A DNA stretch of 63,971 nucleotides, filler included, from an uncultured Methanosarcinales archaeon (GTDB taxonomy: Archaea; Nanobdellota; Nanobdellia; Woesearchaeales; CAZKBD01): assembly GCA_964550945.1 (NCBI GenBank). It is 5 parts of 5 records of this genome, joined end to end, with 100 filler letters (N's around TTAATTAATTAA, not from the genome) between each part and the next. Parts side by side here need not be neighbours in the genome. Positions count along the whole stretch, not along the records: positions 32,065 to 47,117 come from CAZKBD010000040.1; 4 more parts are not named here. One strand, 5' to 3'. Position 1 is the stretch's first letter, and each line of letters opens with the position of its first letter. Under the pieces are notes generated by a model. It was not told the DNA's origin, did not search any database, and worked only from the letters and a program-made list of their open reading frames with translations. Made by a program: the position numbers and the translations under genes. Below, one piece after another: positions 36,994 to 47,217 of the stretch.

Positions 36994-38632
36994 ATTCAAA
37001 TAACCCGCTCAAGTTCAATTCAAAACCTGCTACTGGCACAGAAATGCCCCAATTGGATAACACAATAGGATTTATTTCTCCTATATAAGCAACTTTTTTG
37101 CCATTCACAATCACTCTGCCAACTCTACCAGGAATAAATGAGCTATGCTCCACTTCCACAATCTCATAATTTACTCCAACCATCCTCAAGATATAGTCCA
37201 AAGCCTGCTTTATGTCGGTGTAATCTGCTTTTTCATGCACACTTACGAGCGCAATCCGTTCATAATCCACAATTGTTTCTTTCCTGGCGCTTACAAGACC
37301 CTGCTCAAAAACTTTTTGAGGATATTCAACATGCTTATTTTTGGATAAGCACTCAAGCAAGACAGGCAATAACCAAGACCTAACAGCCGAATAGGTTTCC
37401 GAAATAAAATTCTCTATTTCAACAATCTCCTCATTGCAATTCATTTTTTTTGTCAAGAAATCTTTATTGGAAAGTATTGGGCTCATTATCTCCTGATAAC
37501 CCAGTCCAACTGCTAGCTCTCTGACCTTGTCGCAAAATTCAACAAGCTTAGAAGTTGAACCAACAGTATAACTTTTTAACGGAACTTCTGGAATCTTATT
37601 ATAACCATAACTTATTGCAACATCCTCAATAATGTCATGTACGTGCAATATATCTTGCCTGTACGGGGGTATTTGCGCTGTTCCATTGCTATAGCTGTAT
37701 TGCATCCTCTCTAACAGCTTTTTTATTTCTGTTTCATTTAAATCCAAACCAACCATTTTTTTAACCATCTCATTATCGATTTTAAGTTTTTCGTTAAACA
37801 GATGAGGGGTTGTAATTTTTTTGGAATTAGGATAGGTTACTTCAACTGGATATATCTTGAAACCGCGATCATGCAAAGCATAAGCAAACACATTTGTTGC
37901 CAATAATAATGATTGAAGGTCAGTGCCAGTCGCTTCAAAAAATATATCTTCTTCGCCAGGCTCAATCTTGCCAGTTATTGCTGAATTAATAATTGGAGGG
38001 AAAGACAGAACCTGATTTTTGCTGTCTGTAAGGACAGGATATTTCTCGAAATCCTTTAGTATCCAAGCATATTGTTTTCCAGTTGGATGCTCTTCTAGAA
38101 TCTCCTGCTGGGTCATCTCTTTTTTAAATTCCAACGGGATAAATTTTATAGATTCTGGGTCAGTTGCTTTGTAATGAATAGGGAAAGTTATTTTTTTGTA
38201 AGAATAAACTCCAATTGCAATCTTTTCTCGCCTTCTTCCATAATTTTCGCATAATTTTTCTTGAAGCTGGATTATCTGCTTTAATAGATACTCATCAATC
38301 TTATGGCCTTTAGCGACAAAAGCAGCAATATACGGCCTTATTTTGTTGACAGAGCTGTCCACTACCAGCTTGTAAACTCCTTTGTTAATCTTTATTGCAG
38401 GAATCCCTTTTTGTTTTCCTAAAATCCCCTTTATTAGGCGAGCAACACCCTCAACAGACCATAGATAAGGAAGATTCGTATCTCCAAATTCTATTTTTAT
38501 CTCATCATTATCCTTATCATAACCTTGAAAATCACCTTTGCCATACTCAACTAGCTCTTCAACTTCTTTAACTGAAAGTTTTTTGTCTACTAAATTCTGC
38601 AGATCCTTCAATGAAAAGGTTATTGTTGGCAT
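36986..38632 (-). CDS. pheT: Phenylalanine-tRNA ligase beta subunit
   Basis: Archaeal-type MPTI start, SFPPIINS, PPYRQDILH..DIIEDVAI. Confidence 0.96.
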   Translation of the reverse strand: MPTITFSLKDLQNLVDKKLSVKEVEELVEYGKGDFQGYDKDNDEIKIEFGDTNLPYLWSVEGVARLIKGILGKQKGIPAIKINKGVYKLVVDSSVNKIRPYIAAFVAKGHKIDEYLLKQIIQLQEKLCENYGRRREKIAIGVYSYKKITFPIHYKATDPESIKFIPLEFKKEMTQQEILEEHPTGKQYAWILKDFEKYPVLTDSKNQVLSFPPIINSAITGKIEPGEEDIFFEATGTDLQSLLLATNVFAYALHDRGFKIYPVEVTYPNSKKITTPHLFNEKLKIDNEMVKKMVGLDLNETEIKKLLERMQYSYSNGTAQIPPYRQDILHVHDIIEDVAISYGYNKIPEVPLKSYTVGSTSKLVEFCDKVRELAVGLGYQEIMSPILSNKDFLTKKMNCNEEIVEIENFISETYSAVRSWLLPVLLECLSKNKHVEYPQKVFEQGLVSARKETIVDYERIALVSVHEKADYTDIKQALDYILRMVGVNYEIVEVEHSSFIPGRVGRVIVNGKKVAYIGEINPIVLSNWGISVPVAGFELNLSGLFESI

Positions 38633-38633
38633 T

Positions 38634-40142
38634 TTACGCTATTTTTGTATTTCTTAAAAATCCTAAATCGTGGCTGAACAACTGCCTTATATCTTTAATT
38701 CCCAGCTTGAACATTGCAATCCTGTCAATACCGATGCCCCATGCTAATACAGGAACTTCTTTTCCGACTAAGGGCTTTACAAGCTCTGGCCTGAAAATAC
38801 CTGAGCCTCCTAATTCAATCCAGCCAAGCTCAGGGTGTTTTGCAAATAACTCAGCACTAGGCTCTGTGAATGGAAAATAGCCTGGCTTTATTTTTATCTG
38901 ATCAGTCTCGGCAAACTCCTCTGCAAACATATGTAACAAGGCCTTTAAGTGCCTGAAATCAAGCCCGTCTTCAACTACAATGCCTTCAACCTGATAAAAA
39001 TCAACATTATGGGTTGCATCAATAACATCTGGCCTGAAGCATCGCGCGATACCAAAATATTTTCCAGGAATCTTTAGCTCTTTGCTTGCTAACATCCTAG
39101 CGCTCAATGCTGTTCCCTGGGTTCTTAATATGTTTCTCTTAGTCAGATTTGTGTCGAAGCTGTACTGCCACCCTTTTGAGCCGGTGTTATAGCCAGTTTC
39201 ATGAGCCGCTTTTACTTTTTGGACTAATTTTTCATCTAGCTTGCTGTATTTTGGCTCTTTTACAAAATAAGCAGAATGAATATCGCGAGCAGAATGGAAT
39301 TGAGGCATGAATAGAGCATCCATATCCCAAAAATTAGTTTCAACTACTGGGCCAAACATCTCTGTAAAACCCAAAGCCAAAAATTTTTTTCTTACATCAT
39401 CCAAAAATCTCCTATATTGCTGTTTTTTTCCTCCAATGACTTCAGGAACATTTACCTTTACATCATAATGCCTTAATTTCTGGTTTTTCCAAGAACCGGT
39501 TTTCAGCATATCTGTCGTTAACCTATCAACAACATCAACATCAATTCTCTGCTTTATCAGCTTTTTGCCTAGATCTGTAAGCTCTACTTTCTTTGTTTTC
39601 TTCAGCTCTACCTTAACAATGTCTTTTCTTTTCCTTAAATTATCCAAAGCAAATCTTTGCTCGTCTTTTAGATTTTTGATGTCTAAAGGGAAACCTAATC
39701 TAAGGAATTTCTGCTCTAAACTCTCTTTTTCCAATAACCTCTTTCCCTGCTCTGTTATTGAAACCATCAGATCTTTATCTTTTTTGATGGCAATTGCTGC
39801 CTTCCCTCTTAAGACCCCTAAGCAGATATTTAATTCATCTTTTTTTAGCTTGGATTTTTCAACAATATAATCTACACTTCTTTCTTTGTCTAGCGCCTTA
39901 AGAAACCTTATCTCTGGCAAGCCTTCTTTGAGATATTCTTCTCCATTCTTATCTAGGACAACAATCTCTTTTAGCTCCTCGATTATCTTGACTACACACT
40001 TATTTTGCAGCCATTGCAAGGCCCGCATTACTTCTACATCCTGAAGATTGGAAGCTTTGACAATATCCTGAAAAGAGCTATGCTTATCCAATAAAGGAAG
40101 AACTTTTCTTTCCAGATTATGCAGGCCTTCTATTAGTCCCAT
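38634..40142 (-). CDS. pheS: Phenylalanine-tRNA ligase alpha subunit
   Basis: FRPDVIDATH, YFPFTEPS, GSGIFRPE, AWGIGIDR. Confidence 0.97.
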   Translation of the reverse strand: MGLIEGLHNLERKVLPLLDKHSSFQDIVKASNLQDVEVMRALQWLQNKCVVKIIEELKEIVVLDKNGEEYLKEGLPEIRFLKALDKERSVDYIVEKSKLKKDELNICLGVLRGKAAIAIKKDKDLMVSITEQGKRLLEKESLEQKFLRLGFPLDIKNLKDEQRFALDNLRKRKDIVKVELKKTKKVELTDLGKKLIKQRIDVDVVDRLTTDMLKTGSWKNQKLRHYDVKVNVPEVIGGKKQQYRRFLDDVRKKFLALGFTEMFGPVVETNFWDMDALFMPQFHSARDIHSAYFVKEPKYSKLDEKLVQKVKAAHETGYNTGSKGWQYSFDTNLTKRNILRTQGTALSARMLASKELKIPGKYFGIARCFRPDVIDATHNVDFYQVEGIVVEDGLDFRHLKALLHMFAEEFAETDQIKIKPGYFPFTEPSAELFAKHPELGWIELGGSGIFRPELVKPLVGKEVPVLAWGIGIDRIAMFKLGIKDIRQLFSHDLGFLRNTKIA

Positions 40143-40163
40143 TTTGATAGTTTTAAGGTAATT

Positions 40164-40973
40164 TTAATACTTTCTTGGATAGCTTCCTAATATTTTCAGG
40201 AAAAAATTCTTTTCTATGGCATGAAAAGCCTCTTTTATCTTATCTTCTTCTTTATGCCCTTGCAAATCAATATAAAAGATATAATCTCCTAATTTTCCTT
40301 TAGACGGCCTTGATTCAATTTTTGTCAGGTTTATGTTTCTTTTTGCAAACTCTCCTAACATACCATATAAAAGCCCGGGCTTGTCAATTTGCGGATAAAT
40401 TGCAATACTGGTTCTGTCATACCCTGTTTTTTTTGCTTCTTTTTTTGAAATGATCACGAATCTAGTGATATTGAACTTGTTGTCATGGATGTCTTTTTTA
40501 AGTATCTTTAAGCCATAAATTTCAGCAGCAATTGCTGGAATTATCGCAGCTTTTGTTTTATCATTTTTCTGCATTACAATGGTTGCGGATTTTCCATTGG
40601 ATGCTGTTTCCACTATATCTACCTCTTTTAAGATGCTTCTTAAAGTCTTTTCACATTGAGCATAGCTTTGTGGATGAACATAAATGGTCTTTATGTCTTT
40701 GATAGAGCCAATTCCAGCCAAATTCTGCTTTACTGGCAAAAGCTCTTCAGCTATTATGGTCAAATCAAACTCCATCAAAGCGTCTAAAGTAAGGCCAACT
40801 GTCCCTGAAACAGAATTCTCTATAGGGACTATTCCTTCATCTACATCATCCTTTTTTACTGCTTCAAAAACATCCCATATAGCCTTTTTCAATACGATCT
40901 CTGCTTTTTTATCATACTTAATCGCAGCTTCATGACTAAAGGTTCCTTCTGGGCCTAGCGCAGCTATCTTCAT
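40164..40973 (-). CDS. pheA: Prephenate dehydratase with ACT domain
   Basis: LGPEGTFS, VPIENS, N.TRF, NLTKIESRP, LGSYP. Confidence 0.95.
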   Translation of the reverse strand: MKIAALGPEGTFSHEAAIKYDKKAEIVLKKAIWDVFEAVKKDDVDEGIVPIENSVSGTVGLTLDALMEFDLTIIAEELLPVKQNLAGIGSIKDIKTIYVHPQSYAQCEKTLRSILKEVDIVETASNGKSATIVMQKNDKTKAAIIPAIAAEIYGLKILKKDIHDNKFNITRFVIISKKEAKKTGYDRTSIAIYPQIDKPGLLYGMLGEFAKRNINLTKIESRPSKGKLGDYIFYIDLQGHKEEDKIKEAFHAIEKNFFLKILGSYPRKY

Positions 40974-41836
40974 TTTCTTTTCACCAATTGCTCAATCAAA
41001 TAATCGCTGAATTCAGCGGCTTCTTTTTTAAAATCTCCAAAAAAATCGGCTGATTCATTGAAATATTTAATAAAAGCATTCCTATCTTTTTTCTTTATTA
41101 TCTTCTGCAATTTTTTTGCTGATTTTATGTACTGCTTGATCGTTTTCTTGCTTTCAGGATTTGCAATCTCAATATCAGCATATAGATTAGGGTCTTGATT
41201 TAGTATTCTGCCGACCATATCCATCCTTAGTTTGTAAATTGGGCTAGTATATTGCAGGCTTTCTTTTATATCTATCCCTAGCTCTTTCATCGCATTTGCA
41301 ACTGCTAGTGTGCTAAAATGAGTCATTCCCTGGATTACTGCCATCATACTGTCATGTTTTTCAGCAGTGGTTATTTTTATTTTAGCTCCTTCTTTTTTTA
41401 GGAAGTTTTCTAGCCAAGGAAGCCAATTCTGAGGCCTTGCAGGGGTCAAAACAAAAGTCTGGTTCTTAAAAGAGCTTACTGTAGGCCCAAAAACAGGATG
41501 CATGCCAATAACGGCAGCTTTTGAATAACTCAACATCGCTTTAACAGGCTCTTTTTTGAGTGATGTTAAGTCCATTAGAAGAGCATCTTCTTTTACAAAT
41601 GCCCCCGTTTTCTTGATTGTGTCTACAGTAACATTTATTGGAACAGTAATTATAACTACATCAGCCCTTGATGTGCATTCTTCTATAGTCAATTTAGTGC
41701 TTCTGCTAGCTATTAAAACCTTATAGCTATTTTTTTCAAATACTCTTTTGAACAGCTGGCCCATCTGGCCAGTTCCGCCGATTATCCCTATTAATGGTTT
41801 TTTCATTTGGCTTATCTTTCCTTTAATTTCATCCAC
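40970..41836 (-). CDS. tyrA: Prephenate dehydrogenase
   Basis: GIIGGTGQMG, DLTSLK, MHPVFGP, HDSMMAVIQGMTH. Confidence 0.93.
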   Translation of the reverse strand: MDEIKGKISQMKKPLIGIIGGTGQMGQLFKRVFEKNSYKVLIASRSTKLTIEECTSRADVVIITVPINVTVDTIKKTGAFVKEDALLMDLTSLKKEPVKAMLSYSKAAVIGMHPVFGPTVSSFKNQTFVLTPARPQNWLPWLENFLKKEGAKIKITTAEKHDSMMAVIQGMTHFSTLAVANAMKELGIDIKESLQYTSPIYKLRMDMVGRILNQDPNLYADIEIANPESKKTIKQYIKSAKKLQKIIKKKDRNAFIKYFNESADFFGDFKKEAAEFSDYLIEQLVKRK

Positions 41837-42963
41837 TTCTTGTCCAATCTTGCCAAAGCATCATAGCTTTTTGCCATGTATAATCCATCTAACACTGCAA
41901 TGGCCATCATGGCTTCTGCAACAGCATAGATTCTTGCGACTAATGTGGGATCTCTCCTTGTTATAGGGCTTAATTTTTGTTCTTTCATAGCCTTCATGTT
42001 AATTGATGTTTGCTGCTTGGAGATTGTTGGAGTGGGTTTTACTGCCAACCTAACTACAATATCCTCTCCGTTTGTTATCCCTCCTAAAACACCGCCTGCA
42101 TTATTAGTCTTGAACCTAACTTTTCCGTTTTGGATATATGGCTGATCATTATTCTCGCTTCCTTTCATACTTCCCACTTTAAATCCAGCTCCAAACTCAA
42201 TGCCTTTTATTGCTCCAATGCTGCATAGAGCATGGGCTATTGACGCATTTATCTTATCGAAGACAGGCTCGCCTAATCCAGGAGGCACATTATGGGCAAT
42301 TATCTCTATTATTCCTCCTGCTGTATCGCCTTCTTCTTTTATTTCAAGCACTTTTTTCTCCATTTTTTTGGCAGCTTCAAGATCAGGGCAGTTGATTTCA
42401 TTTTTCCTGTAATTCTTTTTGATTTCTTCAAAGCTCATGTCTTTAGCCCTAATGCCGCCGCATTCCTTTGTGTAGCCTAAAATCTCAATGCCTTCTCTCT
42501 CTAAAATAAACTTGGCAACTGCCCCTCCAGCTACTCTAGCTACTGTTTCTCTTCCTGAAGATCGCCCAGCTCCACACCAATCTTGGGATTCCCCATATTT
42601 GAGGAAAAAAGAGTAGGTTGCATGGCCTGGCCTGAAAATATCCTTGTAGTCTTTGTATTGCTGGATATGCACTGGTTGTGTATCTACATTATAGATTATT
42701 ATTCCAAGCGGAGCGCCTGTTGTAACCCCTTCCTGGCCAATTCCTGCAAATATCTCACATTGGTCAGTCTCTAATCTAGGGCTGTTTAATTTTCCAATGC
42801 CGGGCTTTCTTTTGTCAAGCTCTTTCTGGATAGTTTGATTGGTTATTTTTAATCCTGGCGGCACTCCGTCTACTATTACGGATAATCCAGAGCCCTTACC
42901 AATACCATAAGACTCGCCGCATGTTGTGATCCTAAATAATCTCCCAAATGTATTGCCCATCAT
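41812..42963 (-). CDS. aroC: Chorismate synthase
   Basis: GNTFG..GES, RPGHA, RSSGRET, GGITNG, KPTPTI. Confidence 0.95.
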   Translation of the reverse strand: MMGNTFGRLFRITTCGESYGIGKGSGLSVIVDGVPPGLKITNQTIQKELDKRKPGIGKLNSPRLETDQCEIFAGIGQEGVTTGAPLGIIIYNVDTQPVHIQQYKDYKDIFRPGHATYSFFLKYGESQDWCGAGRSSGRETVARVAGGAVAKFILEREGIEILGYTKECGGIRAKDMSFEEIKKNYRKNEINCPDLEAAKKMEKKVLEIKEEGDTAGGIIEIIAHNVPPGLGEPVFDKINASIAHALCSIGAIKGIEFGAGFKVGSMKGSENNDQPYIQNGKVRFKTNNAGGVLGGITNGEDIVVRLAVKPTPTISKQQTSINMKAMKEQKLSPITRRDPTLVARIYAVAEAMMAIAVLDGLYMAKSYDALARLDKKWMKLKER

Positions 42964-42964
42964 T

Positions 42965-44239
42965 TTACCTAACCTCCATATTTGCACCAATATTTTTCAT
43001 TATTTCAACATAATCTGGAAAAGTAACATTAATAGCTTCTGCTGTTTCAATCTCTGTTGTACCATCAGCAATAAGGCCTGCCAAACTTAGAGCCATAACA
43101 ACCCTATGATCATCATGCCCATTGACCTTTGCTCCTTTTAGTTTGCTTTTTTTAATAACTAATCCATCCTCAGTCTCCTGAATATCTGCTCCCATTTTTG
43201 AAAGCTCTTCCTTCATGACATTTATTCTATCTGTTTCCTTTATCCTAGCATGTGCAACATTCTTTATAATTGTTGTGCCTTCTGCAAAGCAGCCAACAAT
43301 TGAAATTGCGGGCAAAGCATCAGGAGTCTTATTTAAATCAAGCTCCTGGCCTAGCAAAGTTTTTCCTCTAACTAAAATTCCCTCTTCCACTACCCTGATG
43401 TCTGCTCCCATCTGTTTCAGGTAATCCATAACAGCTTTATCTCCTTGGGTATCATTTATATCAAGGCCTTTGATCAACACATCTGATTCTGTGATAGCAG
43501 CAGCACATAAAATAAATGTGGCGCTAGACCAGTCTGCCGGGATTGTTTTTTCAAAACTTTTGTATTTTTGTTTTCCTTTTATTTTAATCGATTCAAAACC
43601 TTTGTGTGTAAATTCTATGCCTTGTCCATCTAACCATCTCATTGTCATCTCTATATAGGGCTGTTCACACACATTTTTCAAAATGATTTCTGTATCTCCA
43701 CCAACTAATGGGCAGCTTATCAATAAACTGGATATATATTGAGAGCTTTTGCAATCAATCTCTGTTTTGCCGCCTTTTATTGGGCCTTGAATTTCTATAG
43801 GGGGGCAGCCATTATTATTTATTGATTTAACTTTTGCTCCTAATTTGTTTAGGGCGCCAATCAAAGGCTGAACTGTTCTTTGCCTTATGGAATCATCGCC
43901 ATCTATAATAACTTTGAAATTGCCTAAAGCAGCGACAGACATCAACAAATTAGTTGAAGTTCCGCTGTTTAATGTGTCAATTTTTTCCTTTGGCTCAACA
44001 GGCTTGCCATCAAATCCTTCGATGATCCACTCATCTTTATTCTCTTGATTGATTTTCGCGCCTAATGCTTTGCAGCCATTAACTGCTGCTTTTGTATCAG
44101 CAGAATCCAGCGGATTTTTTATCTTGGAAATCCCTTCTGCAAGAGAGGCGATGATTATTGCCCTGATAGTATGAGATTTGGAGCTAGGAATAACTGCTTC
44201 TCCTTTCAATTTTCTCACTGGTTTTACTATTAATTTCAT
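42965..44239 (-). CDS. aroA: EPSP synthase
   Basis: SKSHTIRA, NSGT, SSQYISS, R.KETDR, DDHRVVM. Confidence 0.96.
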   Translation of the reverse strand: MKLIVKPVRKLKGEAVIPSSKSHTIRAIIIASLAEGISKIKNPLDSADTKAAVNGCKALGAKINQENKDEWIIEGFDGKPVEPKEKIDTLNSGTSTNLLMSVAALGNFKVIIDGDDSIRQRTVQPLIGALNKLGAKVKSINNNGCPPIEIQGPIKGGKTEIDCKSSQYISSLLISCPLVGGDTEIILKNVCEQPYIEMTMRWLDGQGIEFTHKGFESIKIKGKQKYKSFEKTIPADWSSATFILCAAAITESDVLIKGLDINDTQGDKAVMDYLKQMGADIRVVEEGILVRGKTLLGQELDLNKTPDALPAISIVGCFAEGTTIIKNVAHARIKETDRINVMKEELSKMGADIQETEDGLVIKKSKLKGAKVNGHDDHRVVMALSLAGLIADGTTEIETAEAINVTFPDYVEIMKNIGANMEVR

Positions 44240-45693
44240 ATTAACCTCCTGACATTAGGCATTTCTTTATTTGTCCACAATTTAAATTGCGCAGCAGCCT
44301 GGTTAATAAATAATTCCAGGCCTGAGAGCGTTTTTAATCCAACAGATTTTGCATCTTTCAGCAATTTTGTTTCTGTTGGAGCGTATATTGAATCAAAAAC
44401 AATCCCTTTTTTGCCCATTATTCTTTTCAAAACATCTTTTTTAATTGGACTATCAGTTATTTTCGGGAACATCCCCATTGAAGTGCAATTAATCAAAACA
44501 TCAACATTTTTCATTTTATTTATATCTCCGAATCCACCAAATCCGCATCTTAATTCCTTGGCTAACTTTGCTGCTTTTTTTACTGTCCTGTTCAAGATGA
44601 TTAGCTTGCCTTTTTCCTTAATAATGCCAAACGCAATAGCTCTTGCTACTCCGCCTGCGCCAATCATTAAAACATTCTTGTTTTTGATTGTAGTTTTGTT
44701 TTTTAGTGATCTTATCGCGCCAACACAGTCAGTATTAAATCCGATTAACTTGTTATTTACCTTAACCACTGTATTGACAGCACCAATATCCTTTGCAGTT
44801 GCATCTATTTTGTCTAGATGCTTGATAATGCTTGTTTTGTAGGGTATTGTTATACTTACCCCACCGATAATACTTTTAAATTTCTTGATAAATGAATTCA
44901 TATCATCTACTAAAAAATTTACATATACATTATCCAGCTTTAACTTCTGAAATGATTTATTATGGATGATAAATCCTTTGCTATGCATTACTGGATTGCC
45001 GACTAAACCAAATATTTTCGGGTTTTTTAGTTCATCAATCCTATAAACTTCATTCAAAACATCTGCAGGCATCTGGCCTGAAGCAGACTCTTTTCCTTTT
45101 GCCAGGCTCCCAAATGTAAGTTCAGCTCCGAAAATAGGGCTCAGTATCCTTGAAATCTCGCCTTTCTCACCCATGCATAACGCAGTGATCTTTTTATTCT
45201 GCTTCTTTGCTTTTTTTATCAAATCGAAGATTGCAAGATTGTCATTTATTGAGTTAGCAAAGGTTACTATCTTTATGATGTCTGGATTCAGATTTTTTAT
45301 CTTATTGAAAACCGAATTTATTTTTTTATTATCAGTTTTCTTGAAATCATGCCATGAAATTATCAGCTTAGTTTTATTTTTGTTTTTTTTAATTATCATT
45401 TTTAAATCATCAATGATGCTCTTTCCACAACTTAACTCGATATCAACAAAATCTGGGCTGAATTCAAGAGCTTGCTTAATGATTTTAATCCTTTCATTCT
45501 CGCTGCCAGAAAAATTACCTCCTTCAGCCTTTTTTCTGCAGGTGATGATCTTTTTTTTCTTTGTTCTTAGCAGCTTCTCTATGTCAATATCCCTAATAAA
45601 ATCCAGCCTTAACTCTACTAAATCTGTTCTTGCTTTTTCTATATCTTTTAGTGCTCCTTTTGTTGTTGAAGCAATTATTGGTGTACATATCAT
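44236..45693 (-). CDS. aroE: Bifunctional type I 3-dehydroquinate dehydratase / shikimate dehydrogenase (AroD-AroE)
   Basis: ELRLD, ISWHDF, MGEKG..SR (AroD); GNPV.HS, TIPYK, GAVNT, GFNTD, GAGGVARA (AroE). Confidence 0.93.
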   Translation of the reverse strand: MICTPIIASTTKGALKDIEKARTDLVELRLDFIRDIDIEKLLRTKKKKIITCRKKAEGGNFSGSENERIKIIKQALEFSPDFVDIELSCGKSIIDDLKMIIKKNKNKTKLIISWHDFKKTDNKKINSVFNKIKNLNPDIIKIVTFANSINDNLAIFDLIKKAKKQNKKITALCMGEKGEISRILSPIFGAELTFGSLAKGKESASGQMPADVLNEVYRIDELKNPKIFGLVGNPVMHSKGFIIHNKSFQKLKLDNVYVNFLVDDMNSFIKKFKSIIGGVSITIPYKTSIIKHLDKIDATAKDIGAVNTVVKVNNKLIGFNTDCVGAIRSLKNKTTIKNKNVLMIGAGGVARAIAFGIIKEKGKLIILNRTVKKAAKLAKELRCGFGGFGDINKMKNVDVLINCTSMGMFPKITDSPIKKDVLKRIMGKKGIVFDSIYAPTETKLLKDAKSVGLKTLSGLELFINQAAAQFKLWTNKEMPNVRRLI

Positions 45694-46691
45694 TTCTCGG
45701 TTATTGTTTCTTTTATCTTCATTCCAAAATGGCGCCCTGCTTCTTCTGTATAAGCAAGAACTTCATCGCCTTTCTTTAATTTTACAATTGAGATGGGCTT
45801 TCCATTGGGCTTGACAAGCCTTATTGTCTCAGCATTTTGAAGTATCAATGATATCTTTTTGCCGTTTGCATCAGCTTCTAGCATCATCAAGGGTCTTTTC
45901 TCTATTTTTGTTCTGCCAACTATGGCTATCTCAGTATTTCCTTCTGAATCAACAATTAGCGCTTCTGCTCCTGTCTTTAATTCAGACAGGTATTTTGTCT
46001 TGCCATCAGGCACTTTAATATAAGCGTGGACTGCTGAAGCATTAACCCTAAACGGCCTTTGCTCAACATATGGATTCTCGACTGATTCAGAATGCACCAA
46101 AAACATTCCAGAGCTGGAATCACCAACAAGCATTCCCTGGCCTATCTTCATGTTTGTGCATGTGTCAATGCAAACCCTGTCGCCAGTTCCAACTGCCTTA
46201 ATATTTATTATCTTAGCCTTAACTAAACTAATATTCTCACTAGATTTTTTTATCAATGCAGCGGTCTTTTTTATCTCACTTAAATCGGTAGTTGTCAATA
46301 AAACTCCGTCAACACCCTTCTCCAGTATTTCCAGCGCTGTCTTTGCTTCATTTGCATTTTTTACTTCGGCAATCAGGCCTTTTGTCTGAGCAATCAGGTT
46401 TTCTAAGGGGATTATCCTCCAGTCTTTTGTTTTTATAACGACTATTTTTGATTTTGATTCTTTTAGGGCAAGTTTCTCATCTTCTTTGCTGTTGATACTG
46501 ACAATTACAACATCTCTGCCGATTTTTAAATCGCCGTCTTCACTCACAGTCTTGATTAATCCCAACTCCTTGACCCTTTTCGTGAATCCTTTTGGGATTA
46601 ATAAAGCGTCAGCATTACTCTCCAAAGCGGTTGTTACAATCTTCTTATCCCACTTCACTACATTAACCCACAGTTTTTTCATTAGATCCAC
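45690..46691 (-). CDS. 3-dehydroquinate synthase II (archaeal AroB')
   Basis: DWRIIPLENLIA, GDRVCIDTC, RPFRVNA, LQNAETIRL, GRHFGM. Confidence 0.95.
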   Translation of the reverse strand: MDLMKKLWVNVVKWDKKIVTTALESNADALLIPKGFTKRVKELGLIKTVSEDGDLKIGRDVVIVSINSKEDEKLALKESKSKIVVIKTKDWRIIPLENLIAQTKGLIAEVKNANEAKTALEILEKGVDGVLLTTTDLSEIKKTAALIKKSSENISLVKAKIINIKAVGTGDRVCIDTCTNMKIGQGMLVGDSSSGMFLVHSESVENPYVEQRPFRVNASAVHAYIKVPDGKTKYLSELKTGAEALIVDSEGNTEIAIVGRTKIEKRPLMMLEADANGKKISLILQNAETIRLVKPNGKPISIVKLKKGDEVLAYTEEAGRHFGMKIKETITEK

Positions 46692-46695
46692 CTAA

Positions 46696-47117
46696 CTACT
46701 TAATTGATTTCAAAGCATCTTGAGCGCTTTTTCCTTTGTGCACAACCTCACAAACAGCCTTGATGAATCTGCTTGGGTTATCATGCTGGAATGAATTTCT
46801 GCCCATTGCTACGCCTGCGGCTCCTGCTTTCATCGCATCTTCAATCATCTTTAATGTTGTTTTTTCATCATCCTTAGAGCCGCCAGCAATAATAACCGGC
46901 ACAGGGCAGCCATCTACAACTTCCTTGAATGATTTAATATCTCCTGTGTAATTTGTTTTAACAATATCCGCTCCTAACTCTGCGCCAACTCTTGTTGCCA
47001 GCTTTACAACCTCAACATCTTTCTCGTCTTTTATCTTTTTACCTCTAGGGTACATCATCGCTAAAAGAGGCATGCCCCATTTGTTGCAATCTTTTGCTAT
47101 CTCTCCCATGTCTTTTA
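46696..47117 (-). CDS. ADH synthase (AroA')/DhnA-type class I aldolase, 5'-truncated
   Basis: [32 protein letters not shown]; adjacent to DHQ synthase II. Confidence 0.85.
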
Positions 47118-47217
47118 NNNNNNNNNNNNNNNNNNNNNNNNNNNNNNNNNNNNNNNNNNNNTTAATTAATTAANNNNNNNNNNNNNNNNNNNNNNNNNNN
47201 NNNNNNNNNNNNNNNNN
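47118..47217. other. Artificial contig spacer
   Basis: N44-TTAATTAATTAA-N44. Confidence 0.98.
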
